Made by a program: the position numbers and the translations under genes. The notes under the pieces are model-generated. The model worked only from the letters and a program-made list of their open reading frames with translations, made no database searches and was not told where the DNA came from. A DNA stretch of 64,000 bases, taken from Candidatus Woesebacteria bacterium. Lineage in GTDB: Bacteria; Patescibacteriota; Microgenomatia; UBA1400; MFAQ01. Where the stretch lies: positions 331,825-395,824 of the forward strand of contig DAOORK010000001.1 of assembly GCA_035389185.1 (NCBI GenBank), in the 5' to 3' direction. Below, one piece after another: positions 38,950 to 48,491 of the stretch. Within the stretch, counting starts at the first letter, position 1, and the number at the start of each line of letters is the position of its first letter.

Positions 38950-39783
38950 TTAATCATTTCGGTGACGAAAATATAGCCAAGATCCGGAAGTGAGTAGTAA
39001 GAACACCCCAAAGAAAAAGAAATATTTACTATTTACAGGGTTGTTTTTTCTGACCGCTGGGGAAGTAGCTTCAACAAAAATTGATGGAGATGTATCCACA
39101 ACGACTGACTCGGTGGCAATCCCTAAGACATCCGGTGTCAAAGAGGATGAAACCGACGAGATTTTTGGGGTGCTGGTTGGGGCAGGAGTAATCTTAATAG
39201 TAGCTTTTGTGGGTGTTTTTATGGGTGTAGGAGTGTTGGTAGGAGTGGGTGTCGGAGACGATGTGGGGGTCGCCGTAGGAGTGTTGGTTGAAGTTGGAGT
39301 AGGAGTTGGAGTATCAGTCGGAGTAACAACAACTTCTGAGATTTCAACTGAAAGGGTGTTGTCTGACTCTCCCGCCGAAGAAGTGCTATTGCCGGTGTAA
39401 CGTTTTAGTTTGAGAATGTATGTTCCCGGACCAAGATAATCTGAGTCGTCCGGATCGTTTGTAAAAAGAATTTTTATTTTTTGGTCGTTTTCCAGTTTAA
39501 TAAAGTTTTCAGTAATAAATTCTTTTTCCGGTGAAGAAATGTAGTTTATCCACTCCCCTTTTTGACTCCACATTTTCCCGAAATAGTGAGGATCTCCTGG
39601 AGCGGTGAGAACCGTTTGGACAAAACATGAAGAGGAAGAGGCAAGCCCACTAACAAGAGCTTCGACAGAATAGAAGCTATCACTTTTTTCGACATTGGAA
39701 ATGGTGAGAGAAATGGCGGCTGATGCCACCTTTGGAAAGACGCAAAAACACAGTAGAAACAGCACGGGCAGGATTTGTTTCAC
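38950..39783 (-). CDS. Secreted Pro/Thr-rich surface protein with VLG motif and C-terminal TM
   Basis: Signal peptide (ASA-A), TPTPTPT stalk, PDVLGIATES, TM followed by RHRND. Confidence 0.75.
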   Translation of the reverse strand: MKQILPVLFLLCFCVFPKVASAAISLTISNVEKSDSFYSVEALVSGLASSSSCFVQTVLTAPGDPHYFGKMWSQKGEWINYISSPEKEFITENFIKLENDQKIKILFTNDPDDSDYLGPGTYILKLKRYTGNSTSSAGESDNTLSVEISEVVVTPTDTPTPTPTSTNTPTATPTSSPTPTPTNTPTPIKTPTKATIKITPAPTSTPKISSVSSSLTPDVLGIATESVVVDTSPSIFVEATSPAVRKNNPVNSKYFFFFGVFLLLTSGSWLYFRHRND

Positions 39784-39834
39784 TGTAATTTAATATACAG
39801 TATGTGATATAAAAAATGAGTTATATCTGCTAAA

Positions 39835-39868
39835 TGATATAATATAGGTCTGAACTTTAAAAAGGAGG
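39835..39868 (+). promoter_or_regulatory. Extended -10 (TGATATAAT) and strong Shine-Dalgarno AAGGAGG
   Basis: TGA-TATAAT 39835-39843; AAGGAGG 39862-39868, 5 nt before GTG 39874. Confidence 0.65.
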
Positions 39869-39873
39869 AATGA

Positions 39874-40959
39874 GTGACAAATAGATTCGATTTTTCTGTT
39901 CTTAAAAGACCAGCTGTCCCTCACAACGTGATTATCATCGGAGATTTTCTCAAAGATCTAGATGATGAACATTCGTTATGTGGAGTCGCCGGGCTAATCA
40001 AACTGGGGTTCGTGTCTTTGAAAGCAGTGGTTGCTAACTTGGCTCCTGCGGAACTAAGAGCAAGAGGAGCTAAGGGGACATTGAATACTCTCGGGTTGAC
40101 GTCGATCCCTGTTGGGGTAGGTTTACCGATAATTGAGGGAGATGTTGACCCTTATGAAGCTAATCTACCCTACCTAGCTTCTCCTGACGAAGTGATTCAT
40201 TATGGCACTATGCTGGTAAAAACTCTTAGGGAGTGTCCTGATAATTCCGTTATTCTCGTGTTGCAGTCCGCAATGACCGACGCAACTGTGTTGCTTTCTA
40301 TGTACAGGAATCTGGTGATGGATAAGGTCAAAACAGTGGCAATTATGGGAGGTGTCGAAACTGATAGAGAGAAAGTCATACTTTGCGATGACGGTATGAT
40401 GATCCCAAACAACGCCAATAATAACAGTTTTGATATGCAGTCCGCGATCTGGCTTTATAGACAGTTGCAGAGGAAAAATATACCCTTGGTGATCACTACA
40501 AGAGAAGCTGCTTATGCAGCACAAGTACCATTTAAGGCATACGATGAGTTTGAAGAAACCGGCAACCCGATTGGCGCTTGCCTTAAAAACCGTCAGTTGC
40601 CTTCGATGCAACATCTCTGGGTAGCGGCTTGTTCGCCTGCCGGATCAGAAATACGCGGAACATTGCCTGACGACAGGAATCGAGAATGGTTTGTCAGAGT
40701 GTACTGCGATGGAGTTGACCCTGAGATTGGATCTACCGACAGTATCTGGCCGTACGTCCGCTGTTTTAATCTCTACGACCCGACGAACCTGTATGCGGCG
40801 ATTCCGGAACTTAGGGAGTACTTTCTGAAACCACATATCGTTCATGTTGGCGAGACGGACCATATGATAGTAGGTCTTTCCAAACAAAATAATGGTGTCG
40901 TCAATCCTGAACAATTTTCCAAGTTTATGGTGGATATTGAGTTACTTGGATTGCAGTAG
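39874..40959 (+). CDS. Nucleoside-hydrolase-fold protein of the XopQ/HopQ1-like subfamily
   Basis: D...KDLDDE metal motif, IPVGVG, IMGG, NNNSFDMQSA..LYR..Q...IPL.IT.REAAY, NLYDP. Confidence 0.78.
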   Translation: MTNRFDFSVLKRPAVPHNVIIIGDFLKDLDDEHSLCGVAGLIKLGFVSLKAVVANLAPAELRARGAKGTLNTLGLTSIPVGVGLPIIEGDVDPYEANLPYLASPDEVIHYGTMLVKTLRECPDNSVILVLQSAMTDATVLLSMYRNLVMDKVKTVAIMGGVETDREKVILCDDGMMIPNNANNNSFDMQSAIWLYRQLQRKNIPLVITTREAAYAAQVPFKAYDEFEETGNPIGACLKNRQLPSMQHLWVAACSPAGSEIRGTLPDDRNREWFVRVYCDGVDPEIGSTDSIWPYVRCFNLYDPTNLYAAIPELREYFLKPHIVHVGETDHMIVGLSKQNNGVVNPEQFSKFMVDIELLGLQ

Positions 40960-40964
40960 ATTTT

Positions 40965-40989
40965 ACCCAGCCGAAAGGCTGGGTTTTTT
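40965..40989 (+). terminator. Rho-independent terminator
   Basis: ACCCAGCC-GAAA-GGCTGGGT followed by a T run. Confidence 0.9.
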
Positions 40990-40995
40990 GTGATT

Positions 40996-42201
40996 TTAAT
41001 TAACCGTAACCTTATCGAAACGGAAAATTTGAGAGGTACTATATGTATCTGAAAACTTTTTATCGTAACCGTTTTCCATATAAGGATCGTTCATTATGTA
41101 GCCATCACCATTCTTTCCTTTGATGACTATAAAGTGGGTACCATAGCCAGTATTGAGTCCGGCAATAATCGGCCGGCCGGCATTGAGTTCGTTATCAACG
41201 GCATCGCTGGACATTCCTTGCTGTCTGTTTACTGTTACGCCGTTTACAGTCCAGCTGCCAGCATTCATATAAGCAGTGGAAGGGAAAAATGGATTTGTAC
41301 TTGCAGCAATATCAGATGGTTTAATATTTTTTCCATAATGAGAAGCAATCATGGCAGTTGAAGTAATTAAACAACCGACTCTTCCCACAGTTTCGCGAGA
41401 GTTACCAATAATTTGAGAGAACCATATTGAGTCTCTTTGACTGTAATAACATCCCCAACCATCACAGTGAGTCTGATTGCTTAAAGGAGTTGCTCCTGAC
41501 GTAAAACCTCTCATAGCGGCAACCAAAGCACTGGCTTGAGCTAACAATGTCTGGTATCTCTTTTCATCATTTTGGGTGAGAATTAGAACCTTTTGTTTCT
41601 CGGCTTGCTGGGCGTTAAGAGTGTTCTTCTGGGCAACAAGTTTTGCTTTTAATGCCTCAACTTCTTTTTGTTTGGCAACTTTATCTGTTTTTCTTTGATC
41701 ATAATCAAGTCTGGATTTTTCCAGCTCGGCCAGTATTAGCTGGTCTTTTGTTTTGATGGTATTTAGATACTTTACTTTATTGAAGTAGTCCCCGATTGAG
41801 TCGGAAGAAAAAATTAAATCGAATGAAGTCACACGTGTCTGTTTGTAACTCTCACGAACACGGGCTAAATAAATTTTTTCTAACTGATCCATGGAGTCAG
41901 TAACGGTTTCGAGTACCCCATCAAGAACATCAACTTCTTTTTCGAGTGTTTTTATCTGAGCTTGAGTTCGATTTATCTGAGCTTGGGCGAGGTTAATTTT
42001 GGAATTTAAAGTAGTTATTGTTTGTTTGAGAGTGGCCTGACTTGATTGATTGGCTGAGATACTCGATTCACAAGCTTTTATAAAATCATCTAGCTGGTCT
42101 GAAGAAATACTTTGGGGGTCGGCGTCACAAGTTGTGGCAAAAACATTCTTTGGGATCAAAAAAATGATGCATACCAGAAGTAGGGTGACTTTCCATTTCA
42201 T
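40996..42201 (-). CDS. Secreted coiled-coil protein with C-terminal C39-like peptidase (PcsB/CwlO-like FtsEX partner)
   Basis: Signal peptide, long coiled coil, YYSQRD..W...GCLITS.AM...THFIVI...MNDP. Confidence 0.8.
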   Translation of the reverse strand: MKWKVTLLLVCIIFLIPKNVFATTCDADPQSISSDQLDDFIKACESSISANQSSQATLKQTITTLNSKINLAQAQINRTQAQIKTLEKEVDVLDGVLETVTDSMDQLEKIYLARVRESYKQTRVTSFDLIFSSDSIGDYFNKVKYLNTIKTKDQLILAELEKSRLDYDQRKTDKVAKQKEVEALKAKLVAQKNTLNAQQAEKQKVLILTQNDEKRYQTLLAQASALVAAMRGFTSGATPLSNQTHCDGWGCYYSQRDSIWFSQIIGNSRETVGRVGCLITSTAMIASHYGKNIKPSDIAASTNPFFPSTAYMNAGSWTVNGVTVNRQQGMSSDAVDNELNAGRPIIAGLNTGYGTHFIVIKGKNGDGYIMNDPYMENGYDKKFSDTYSTSQIFRFDKVTVN

Positions 42202-43109
42202 TTTGAACGATTTACAAACCTGGTGGCTGCGAAGAGACTAGATAAGAAAGAGATTAGCAAGCCAAAGACAAGCATACCTCCAAATAAAATCAGGATGTAA
42301 GTGAAGGGTATGGGAAATGAAATTATGGAACCAATCCTGGGGGCCAAAAATGGGGTTGAGTAAAGAACAATAATAAAACACCCTAGCCAGCCTACGATGG
42401 AACCAATAAGACCATAAACGATCGACTCCTGAAGATAGGGTTTGATAATGTACATATTTTTTGCACCCATTAGCTTGAAGGTACTGATTTCAAATCTTCT
42501 TGAAGATATCTTCATGGAAATAGTCGCCATAATAGTGAGAATCGCAACGAGAGTGAGAGCAATGACTAAAGCAAGACCGCCAATTCGAATTGCATTGGTC
42601 CACTTTGTGAGCTCGGTGATAACGTCTTGGGGGTAATCGATTTCTTTATTCCCTTGGGGTGTGACGCTGACAATATCGCTTTTTTCCAAAGTGACAGCAA
42701 TCGACTTGAAGGCATCGGGATTGGTAGCGGTAATCTCGACACTAGCAGGCAAAATGTCGGCGGTAACAATACCCCAATCGGTGACTGTACCTAGTAAAAC
42801 CGGATCATTACCAACACTTTCTTTGTAGAGTTTGAGTGCGTCTTCTTTACTTATGTAAACCGCTTTTTTGACACCTTCGGTGGTGTTTAGAGAACTTATT
42901 AATCCGCCAACCTGCTCAGTTGTGTGTCCGTCTTTGAGATAAGCGATTATTTGGGGACGGGTTTCAAAGTTGTTGAGTATCTGCTGGGAAGCAACCGTGA
43001 CCAGAGAAAATATGCCGACAATAAAAATGGTAAGACTAACAATAAAAATGGCAGATAAGGCCTGATATGGAGAACGGCGAATGTTTCTGATGGCAGTTTT
43101 CATGATCAT
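42198..43109 (-). CDS. ftsX: Cell division permease FtsX
   Basis: 4 TMs, YISKEDAL, LPAS, SRRFEI...KLMGA....I.P...E. Confidence 0.88.
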   Translation of the reverse strand: MIMKTAIRNIRRSPYQALSAIFIVSLTIFIVGIFSLVTVASQQILNNFETRPQIIAYLKDGHTTEQVGGLISSLNTTEGVKKAVYISKEDALKLYKESVGNDPVLLGTVTDWGIVTADILPASVEITATNPDAFKSIAVTLEKSDIVSVTPQGNKEIDYPQDVITELTKWTNAIRIGGLALVIALTLVAILTIMATISMKISSRRFEISTFKLMGAKNMYIIKPYLQESIVYGLIGSIVGWLGCFIIVLYSTPFLAPRIGSIISFPIPFTYILILFGGMLVFGLLISFLSSLFAATRFVNRSK

Positions 43110-43110
43110 A

Positions 43111-43803
43111 TTAGTCTTTTACCTCTTTTTTATCGAGAGGATGGTCTTCCTCTTTAACTATCTTACCTTTTTGCAAATGGATATGGCGTCCTTGGTTGAG
43201 GTTGATCAAAGTGACATCGTGTGTGGCCATAATGACCGTGGTACCAGCCGAGTTTATTTTTTTGAGAAGATCAAAAATGTCTAGTGAGGTTTCTTTATCT
43301 AGGTTGCCTGTAGGTTCATCAGCAAATAAAATTTTGGGATCTCCAGCAATAGCACGAGCAATCGAAGCTCTTTGTATTTCTCCGCCGGAAAGCTGTCCCG
43401 GAAAAAGATTTTCTTTTCCTGAAAGACCAACTAATTCCAGTATGTGTTTTACTTTTTCAGGGATTTTTTCGGCTTCGTAACCAGAAATTTCAAGAGACAC
43501 AATAATATTCTCACCAACAGTTTTGTCGGGAATCATTCTGAAATCTTGGAAGGCAAAACCGATTTTGCGACGAAGTAGGGGAATATTTTGGGGTTTGATT
43601 TTGGTGAGATCTTCGCCATCAACGACAATTTTGCCTTTATCAGGTATAAGGTCATGTATAAGGAGACGACCGATCGTAGTTTTTCCTGCTCCAGATTTGC
43701 CGGTGATAATGACGAATTCTCCTGGAGACACAGAAAAATCGATGTCGTCTAGAACTACATCTCCGTTGGGATATGATTTGGTGACATGGATATAGTCGAT
43801 CAA
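43111..43803 (-). CDS. ftsE: Cell division ATP-binding protein FtsE
   Basis: GKSGAGKTT, LRRKIG..FQDFR, LSGGE.QR..IARA, ADEPTGNLD, MATHD. Confidence 0.92.
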   Translation of the reverse strand: MIDYIHVTKSYPNGDVVLDDIDFSVSPGEFVIITGKSGAGKTTIGRLLIHDLIPDKGKIVVDGEDLTKIKPQNIPLLRRKIGFAFQDFRMIPDKTVGENIIVSLEISGYEAEKIPEKVKHILELVGLSGKENLFPGQLSGGEIQRASIARAIAGDPKILFADEPTGNLDKETSLDIFDLLKKINSAGTTVIMATHDVTLINLNQGRHIHLQKGKIVKEEDHPLDKKEVKD

Positions 43804-43827
43804 AATAGTTATTGTTTTGCTAACAAG

Positions 43828-44373
43828 TTACTCTGGTGCTGAGGCATTTAAAGCTTCAACTTTGGCACGGCCAACGTCCATTAGCCAACCAACTTTTTGG
43901 CCTTTGAAAGTTTCTCCCCAGATGGAAACCTGATCACCAACGAGTTGATCAAGGTCGATTGTGGAACTGGTGAGATATACGGTTTGAGATACTCCACCCG
44001 AACGAAGAAGCTTGTGAGTCCCCTCTCCGTTGTACCCACCCTTTTCCAAAACTCCAGTGGCGGAGTCTTTGAAGATTTTTTCGTCCGCCGAGCCATAAAT
44101 GTCTCCAACTTTGGCTCCAGTTGAAGGAACTTCGGCTTGAATCCCTGATAATTCGGCAGAGACGATTTTGCCTGAATTTTTGGCTTTTAGCCAAGATCCG
44201 GAATAAAAACCTACTGCAGCAATGACCAAAAAGAGAACAATTTTCAAGGGGAATTTTTTCTTGTTAGTTTTGGCAAGTGGTGCTTCCGCAGCAAAAGATG
44301 GGGTTTCGGGAGTTGAGTTGGTAACAGGAGTGGTTGATTCACCCTTGTCGAGGTCGATCATTTTTATATCCAT
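43828..44373 (-). CDS. Hypothetical single-TM protein
   Basis: TM then EGTHKLLR.GG.SQTVYLTSS.IDL; leaderless promoter upstream. Confidence 0.7.
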   Translation of the reverse strand: MDIKMIDLDKGESTTPVTNSTPETPSFAAEAPLAKTNKKKFPLKIVLFLVIAAVGFYSGSWLKAKNSGKIVSAELSGIQAEVPSTGAKVGDIYGSADEKIFKDSATGVLEKGGYNGEGTHKLLRSGGVSQTVYLTSSTIDLDQLVGDQVSIWGETFKGQKVGWLMDVGRAKVEALNASAPE

Positions 44374-44385
44374 GAAATTAGTTTA

Positions 44386-45495
44386 TCAAATTTGCCGCGT
44401 CGGTGCGAAGAACTTCAACTCTGCCTCGATAAATTCATCCAGATTGCCATCAAGGACCGACTCTGGATTGCCGGATTCATAGTCCGTACGTAGATCTTTA
44501 ACTAGTTTGTAGGGATGCAGAACATAAGAACGGATCTGGGTTCCCCAACTAGCTTGAGTTTGTTCTCCCTTGATTTGGTTTAACTCACTTTGACGTTTGG
44601 CTTCCTGAATTTCCCAGAGTTTGGAGCGGAGCATATCCATAGCAATTTTGCGATTTTGGACTTGATATCGCTGAGTCTGACACTCGACAACAATACCTGT
44701 GGGGAGATGTTTGATACGAACAGCAGTACTAACCTTGTTGACGTTTTGCCCACCTGCACCGCCTGAACGACTAGCTTCAAACTCGATATCTTCATCACGA
44801 ATTTCAATATCAGTATTCTCCGGAAGAATCGGGGTCACCTCAACACCAGCAAAAGAAGTCTGACGAAGTTTATCGGCATTGAAAGGTGACTGGCGAACTA
44901 AGCGGTGAGTTCCTTTTTCGTTTTTGAGGAAACCAAAAGCGAAACGCCCATGAACCATGTAAGTGACGGATTTGATACCGGCTTCGTCACCAGGCGAGTA
45001 CTCAACGGTTTCGTAGTTCCAGCCTCTTTTTTCAAAAAATCTGGTGTACATTCGAGAAAGCATACTGGCCCAGTCCATAGCTTCGGTACCCCCTTGGCCA
45101 GCTCTGATCGTCAGAATTGCCTCTGAAGGGTCGTATTTCTCGGAAAGAAAGGTGACTAGCTCGACTTTTTCGATGTGTTTTTCTAAGGTCTCTTTCAAAA
45201 TAAGAATATCGGTGTCCATAGAGTCATCTGACTGAGCTACAGCCATCTCAAAAAGCTCTACCAAGTTTTTGTATTCTGAGGTCAGCCCTTCAATCGAAGC
45301 AATCAGATCTCGAACCTCGGCAAGGCTAGACATTATTTTTTTGGCATTATCTTCGTCCTGCCAAAGTTCAGGCTTCCCCGACTCGATTTCAAGTTTTTGT
45401 TTTTCTTGTTCGAGAGAGGCAAAGTCTATCTTTTTTTGGAGATCTTCTATACGTCTTTGAAGATCGTTTAAATTAAGTTGGGTTTCGGATAGCAT
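44386..45495 (-). CDS. prfB: Peptide chain release factor 2 (continuous ORF, no programmed frameshift)
   Basis: [11 protein letters not shown] (SPF motif), [22 protein letters not shown]. Confidence 0.96.
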   Translation of the reverse strand: MLSETQLNLNDLQRRIEDLQKKIDFASLEQEKQKLEIESGKPELWQDEDNAKKIMSSLAEVRDLIASIEGLTSEYKNLVELFEMAVAQSDDSMDTDILILKETLEKHIEKVELVTFLSEKYDPSEAILTIRAGQGGTEAMDWASMLSRMYTRFFEKRGWNYETVEYSPGDEAGIKSVTYMVHGRFAFGFLKNEKGTHRLVRQSPFNADKLRQTSFAGVEVTPILPENTDIEIRDEDIEFEASRSGGAGGQNVNKVSTAVRIKHLPTGIVVECQTQRYQVQNRKIAMDMLRSKLWEIQEAKRQSELNQIKGEQTQASWGTQIRSYVLHPYKLVKDLRTDYESGNPESVLDGNLDEFIEAELKFFAPTRQI

Positions 45496-45568
45496 TCTTG
45501 TATTTTACAGCTTTAGAAAGCGATATACTGAAGGTATATAATCTGAGGGTTGGTATTTTTTATGTAAT

Positions 45569-46612
45569 ATGAAACTTCTAAAAATTGTAAAAAGATTCTG
45601 GCTTTTATTTCTCATCGGTTTTTTGATCGGTGGGGGTATTGTGTGGTTTTCTAGTTCTGCCAAAGCAAAAAGTAACGAAGCAAATAAGTTCACTGTTAAG
45701 AGAGAGACTTTGACTGAAGTAGTGTCTCTTTCCGGTGAGATTGACGCTGAGGAAAAAGCTTCCCTGCGTTTTCAGACGTCCGGACACTTGACTTGGGTTG
45801 GGGTAAAAGAAGGTGATTTTGTGAAAAAATACCAGTCTTTGGCATCTCTCGACAAAAAAGAACTCCAAAATAGTATGAGTAAACTTTTGAATACTTACTC
45901 GAAGTCTAGATGGGATTTTGAACAAGCCCAAGCAGACAACAAAGATTGGCAAACCGATGGTATGACAGATGAAGCTCGTGACACCGTAAAGAGAACTTTA
46001 GACAAATATCAATTTGACTTAAACAACTCAGTATTGTCGGTGGAATCCCAATCCTTGGCGATGAAGTACGCTACTTTATGGACTCCGATCGAAGGAATTG
46101 TAACCAGTGTTGAGTCTCCTTTGGCCGGACAAAATATCACTCCAGCTACCGCCACATTTGAGGTGGTAAATCCTAAAACAATATTTTTCTCTGCAACTGC
46201 AGATCAGACAGAAGTTGTTTCTTTTTCTGTTGGCATGAAGGGAAAACTCTCGCTTGACTCCTTTCCTGATACAGAACTTGTCGGCGAGATCGTTAGTGTT
46301 GGATTTGTACCCAAAACTGGAGAGTCATCGACGGTTTATGAAATAAAAATCGCCGTAGATACAACACCTATTGGAGACAAAATTAAAATGGGAATGACAG
46401 GTGACGCCGAGTTTGTTTTGAAAGAGATTAAAGACGTGTTGGTAGTTCCAGAAAGTTATATTAAAAAAGAAAATGGTAAATATTACGTGACGGTATACGA
46501 GGGGAAAATAAAGACCAAAAAAGAAATTACTATTGGGGAAACCGTCGAGGGTTTGGTAGAAATTACAGGAGGACTAAATGAAAAAGACGTCATCTATTAT
46601 CAGCCTAAGTAA
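45569..46612 (+). CDS. Efflux periplasmic adaptor subunit (MacA/YknX-like)
   Basis: TM, L.FQTSG.L..V.VKEGD.VKK, TPIEGIV, MGMTGDA, VEITGGLNEKD. Confidence 0.88.
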   Translation: MKLLKIVKRFWLLFLIGFLIGGGIVWFSSSAKAKSNEANKFTVKRETLTEVVSLSGEIDAEEKASLRFQTSGHLTWVGVKEGDFVKKYQSLASLDKKELQNSMSKLLNTYSKSRWDFEQAQADNKDWQTDGMTDEARDTVKRTLDKYQFDLNNSVLSVESQSLAMKYATLWTPIEGIVTSVESPLAGQNITPATATFEVVNPKTIFFSATADQTEVVSFSVGMKGKLSLDSFPDTELVGEIVSVGFVPKTGESSTVYEIKIAVDTTPIGDKIKMGMTGDAEFVLKEIKDVLVVPESYIKKENGKYYVTVYEGKIKTKKEITIGETVEGLVEITGGLNEKDVIYYQPK

Positions 46613-47276
46613 TATCTCTAAGGAATATGTGATGGGTGATGAATCGGTTTTTTCGGCATTGTCGGATGTTAGTTTAGAAATTCATAAAGGTGAGTATTCT
46701 GCCATTGTGGGACAGTCCGGATCCGGAAAATCAACTTTGATGCATATTATTGGACTTCTGGATAAACCAACTCGAGGGAAAATTATCATCAATGGAAAAG
46801 ACACGGCTAAATTAAGCGATGACGAAACAAGTAAAGTAAGAAATCGATTTGTGGGATTTGTTTTTCAACAGTTTAATTTATTAAACAAACAAACTATTCT
46901 CGAGAATGTTTTACTGCCGGTAATGTATTCGAGAGAAAAGCTGGATTTTGATCCAGAAAAAAGAGCTCTTGAGTTACTTGAAAAATTTGGCATTTTGTCT
47001 AAAAAAGATTCGTATCCAAATAAAATCTCTGGGGGTCAGCAACAAAGAGTCGCGATAGCGAGAGCACTAATAATGAGTCCACAGTTACTTTTGGCTGATG
47101 AACCAACGGGTAATTTGGATACAAAAACCGGTAATGAAATACTGAGACTATTTGAAGACCTCAATAAGGAAGGAATTACTGTTTTGCTCGTGACTCACGA
47201 GCCGGATATTGCAGCTAGAACAAATAGACAAATTCGAGTGATGGACGGAAAAATTGTGGAGGATAACAAAAAATGA
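46578..47276 (+). CDS. ABC transporter ATP-binding protein (MacB/LolD-like)
   Basis: GQSGSGKST, GFVFQQFNLL, SGGQQQRVAIARAL, ADEPTGNLD. Confidence 0.93.
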   Translation: MKKTSSIISLSNISKEYVMGDESVFSALSDVSLEIHKGEYSAIVGQSGSGKSTLMHIIGLLDKPTRGKIIINGKDTAKLSDDETSKVRNRFVGFVFQQFNLLNKQTILENVLLPVMYSREKLDFDPEKRALELLEKFGILSKKDSYPNKISGGQQQRVAIARALIMSPQLLLADEPTGNLDTKTGNEILRLFEDLNKEGITVLLVTHEPDIAARTNRQIRVMDGKIVEDNKK

Positions 47277-48475
47277 GTAACATCGCCAACATCAAACAGT
47301 TATTTAAATCTGCTTTCGCCGATTTCCGACGCGATAAAGTACGCACGGGACTTACTTCTCTCGGTATCACGATTGGTGTTCTCTCTGTTGTGCTACTGAT
47401 TGCTTTGGGCTTGGGTCTGAAAAACTATATCCAGGATCAGTTTGAGAGTATGGGAGCAAATCTTGTTATGATCATGCCCGGTTCCGGATTTAGCAGTGGG
47501 AACATGGGCCCGGGAATGATGACGGGGACCGTGAAGTTTGATGAAAAAGATGTAAAAAACCTAAAGAAAATTGAGGAGCTGAAGTATGTGGTGCCAATAT
47601 TTATGTCTTCCACGACAATAAGTTCGGCTAACAAGGAAAAAATTGGCACGGTTATGGCAGTTAATGAGGAGGCTTTTCCTTTGTTAAATATAAAAATGCA
47701 GGTCGGTGAGACTTGGGGAAAAACTGAACTTAACAAGAAATCTAAAGTAGCAGTGATTGGATACACAATGACTGAAGATTTGTTTGAAAACATAAATGAT
47801 GCAATTGGAAAATCTATTACGGTTGAAGGAATGAGAATCAAGGTAATTGGAGTTTCTCAAAAGACCGGAGACCCAGACCAAGACGCGGCTATCTATATTC
47901 CATACACAACGTCTTTTGGATCAATTAATCCGGATAAAACTTTTTGGGGAATATATCTCGGAGTAATCGATAAAGACGATGTAACTGCGGTGACGGAAAA
48001 AGCAAAGGAAATCTTGTTGGAAAGATATGATAAAGATAAGTTCTCGGTAACGGAACAATCAGAGATCCTCTCAACGATTGATCAGATTTTTGGTATTATC
48101 AATATCGTTTTGGTCGCCATTGGCTCAATTTCTCTTCTTGTCGGAGGAATTGGGATTATGAATATCATGTATGCAACAGTAACAGAAAGAACTCGTGAAG
48201 TGGGTATTCGACGCGCTCTAGGGGCGACAAAAAGAGATATTCTCTTACAGTTTTTATCTGAGTCTACTTTATTGTCTGTTTTTGGAGGACTGATGGGATT
48301 AGTTCTTGCTACAGTAATTGTAATGTTGGTTAGGATTTGGTTCCCTGTAGCCTTGAATTTGGTAGCTGTTCTGGTTGCTATCGGCGTATCTAGCGCGATT
48401 GGAATTTTCTTTGGGGTATCCCCTGCCAAAAAAGCGGCCAATCTGTCCCCGATCGATGCTATCAGATATGAGTAG
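47273..48475 (+). CDS. ABC transporter permease (MacB/YknZ-like)
   Basis: RTGLTSLGITIGV, ISLLVGGIGIMNIM..TVTERTREVGIRRALGA, PAKKAA.LSPIDAIRYE. Confidence 0.93.
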   Translation: MSNIANIKQLFKSAFADFRRDKVRTGLTSLGITIGVLSVVLLIALGLGLKNYIQDQFESMGANLVMIMPGSGFSSGNMGPGMMTGTVKFDEKDVKNLKKIEELKYVVPIFMSSTTISSANKEKIGTVMAVNEEAFPLLNIKMQVGETWGKTELNKKSKVAVIGYTMTEDLFENINDAIGKSITVEGMRIKVIGVSQKTGDPDQDAAIYIPYTTSFGSINPDKTFWGIYLGVIDKDDVTAVTEKAKEILLERYDKDKFSVTEQSEILSTIDQIFGIINIVLVAIGSISLLVGGIGIMNIMYATVTERTREVGIRRALGATKRDILLQFLSESTLLSVFGGLMGLVLATVIVMLVRIWFPVALNLVAVLVAIGVSSAIGIFFGVSPAKKAANLSPIDAIRYE

Positions 48476-48491
48476 GATATAATCCTCGGTA

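Noticed and set aside
38990-39400. Numerous 60-175 aa ORFs antisense or out of frame to long genes (e.g. 10163-10693, 35661-36110, 38990-39400, 62004-62465)
   Set aside because: Shadow ORFs fully nested in well-supported genes, with no motifs
45569-48475. MacAB-like system lacking TolC as a novelty
   Set aside because: Equivalent YknXYZ-type systems are normal in organisms without an outer membrane
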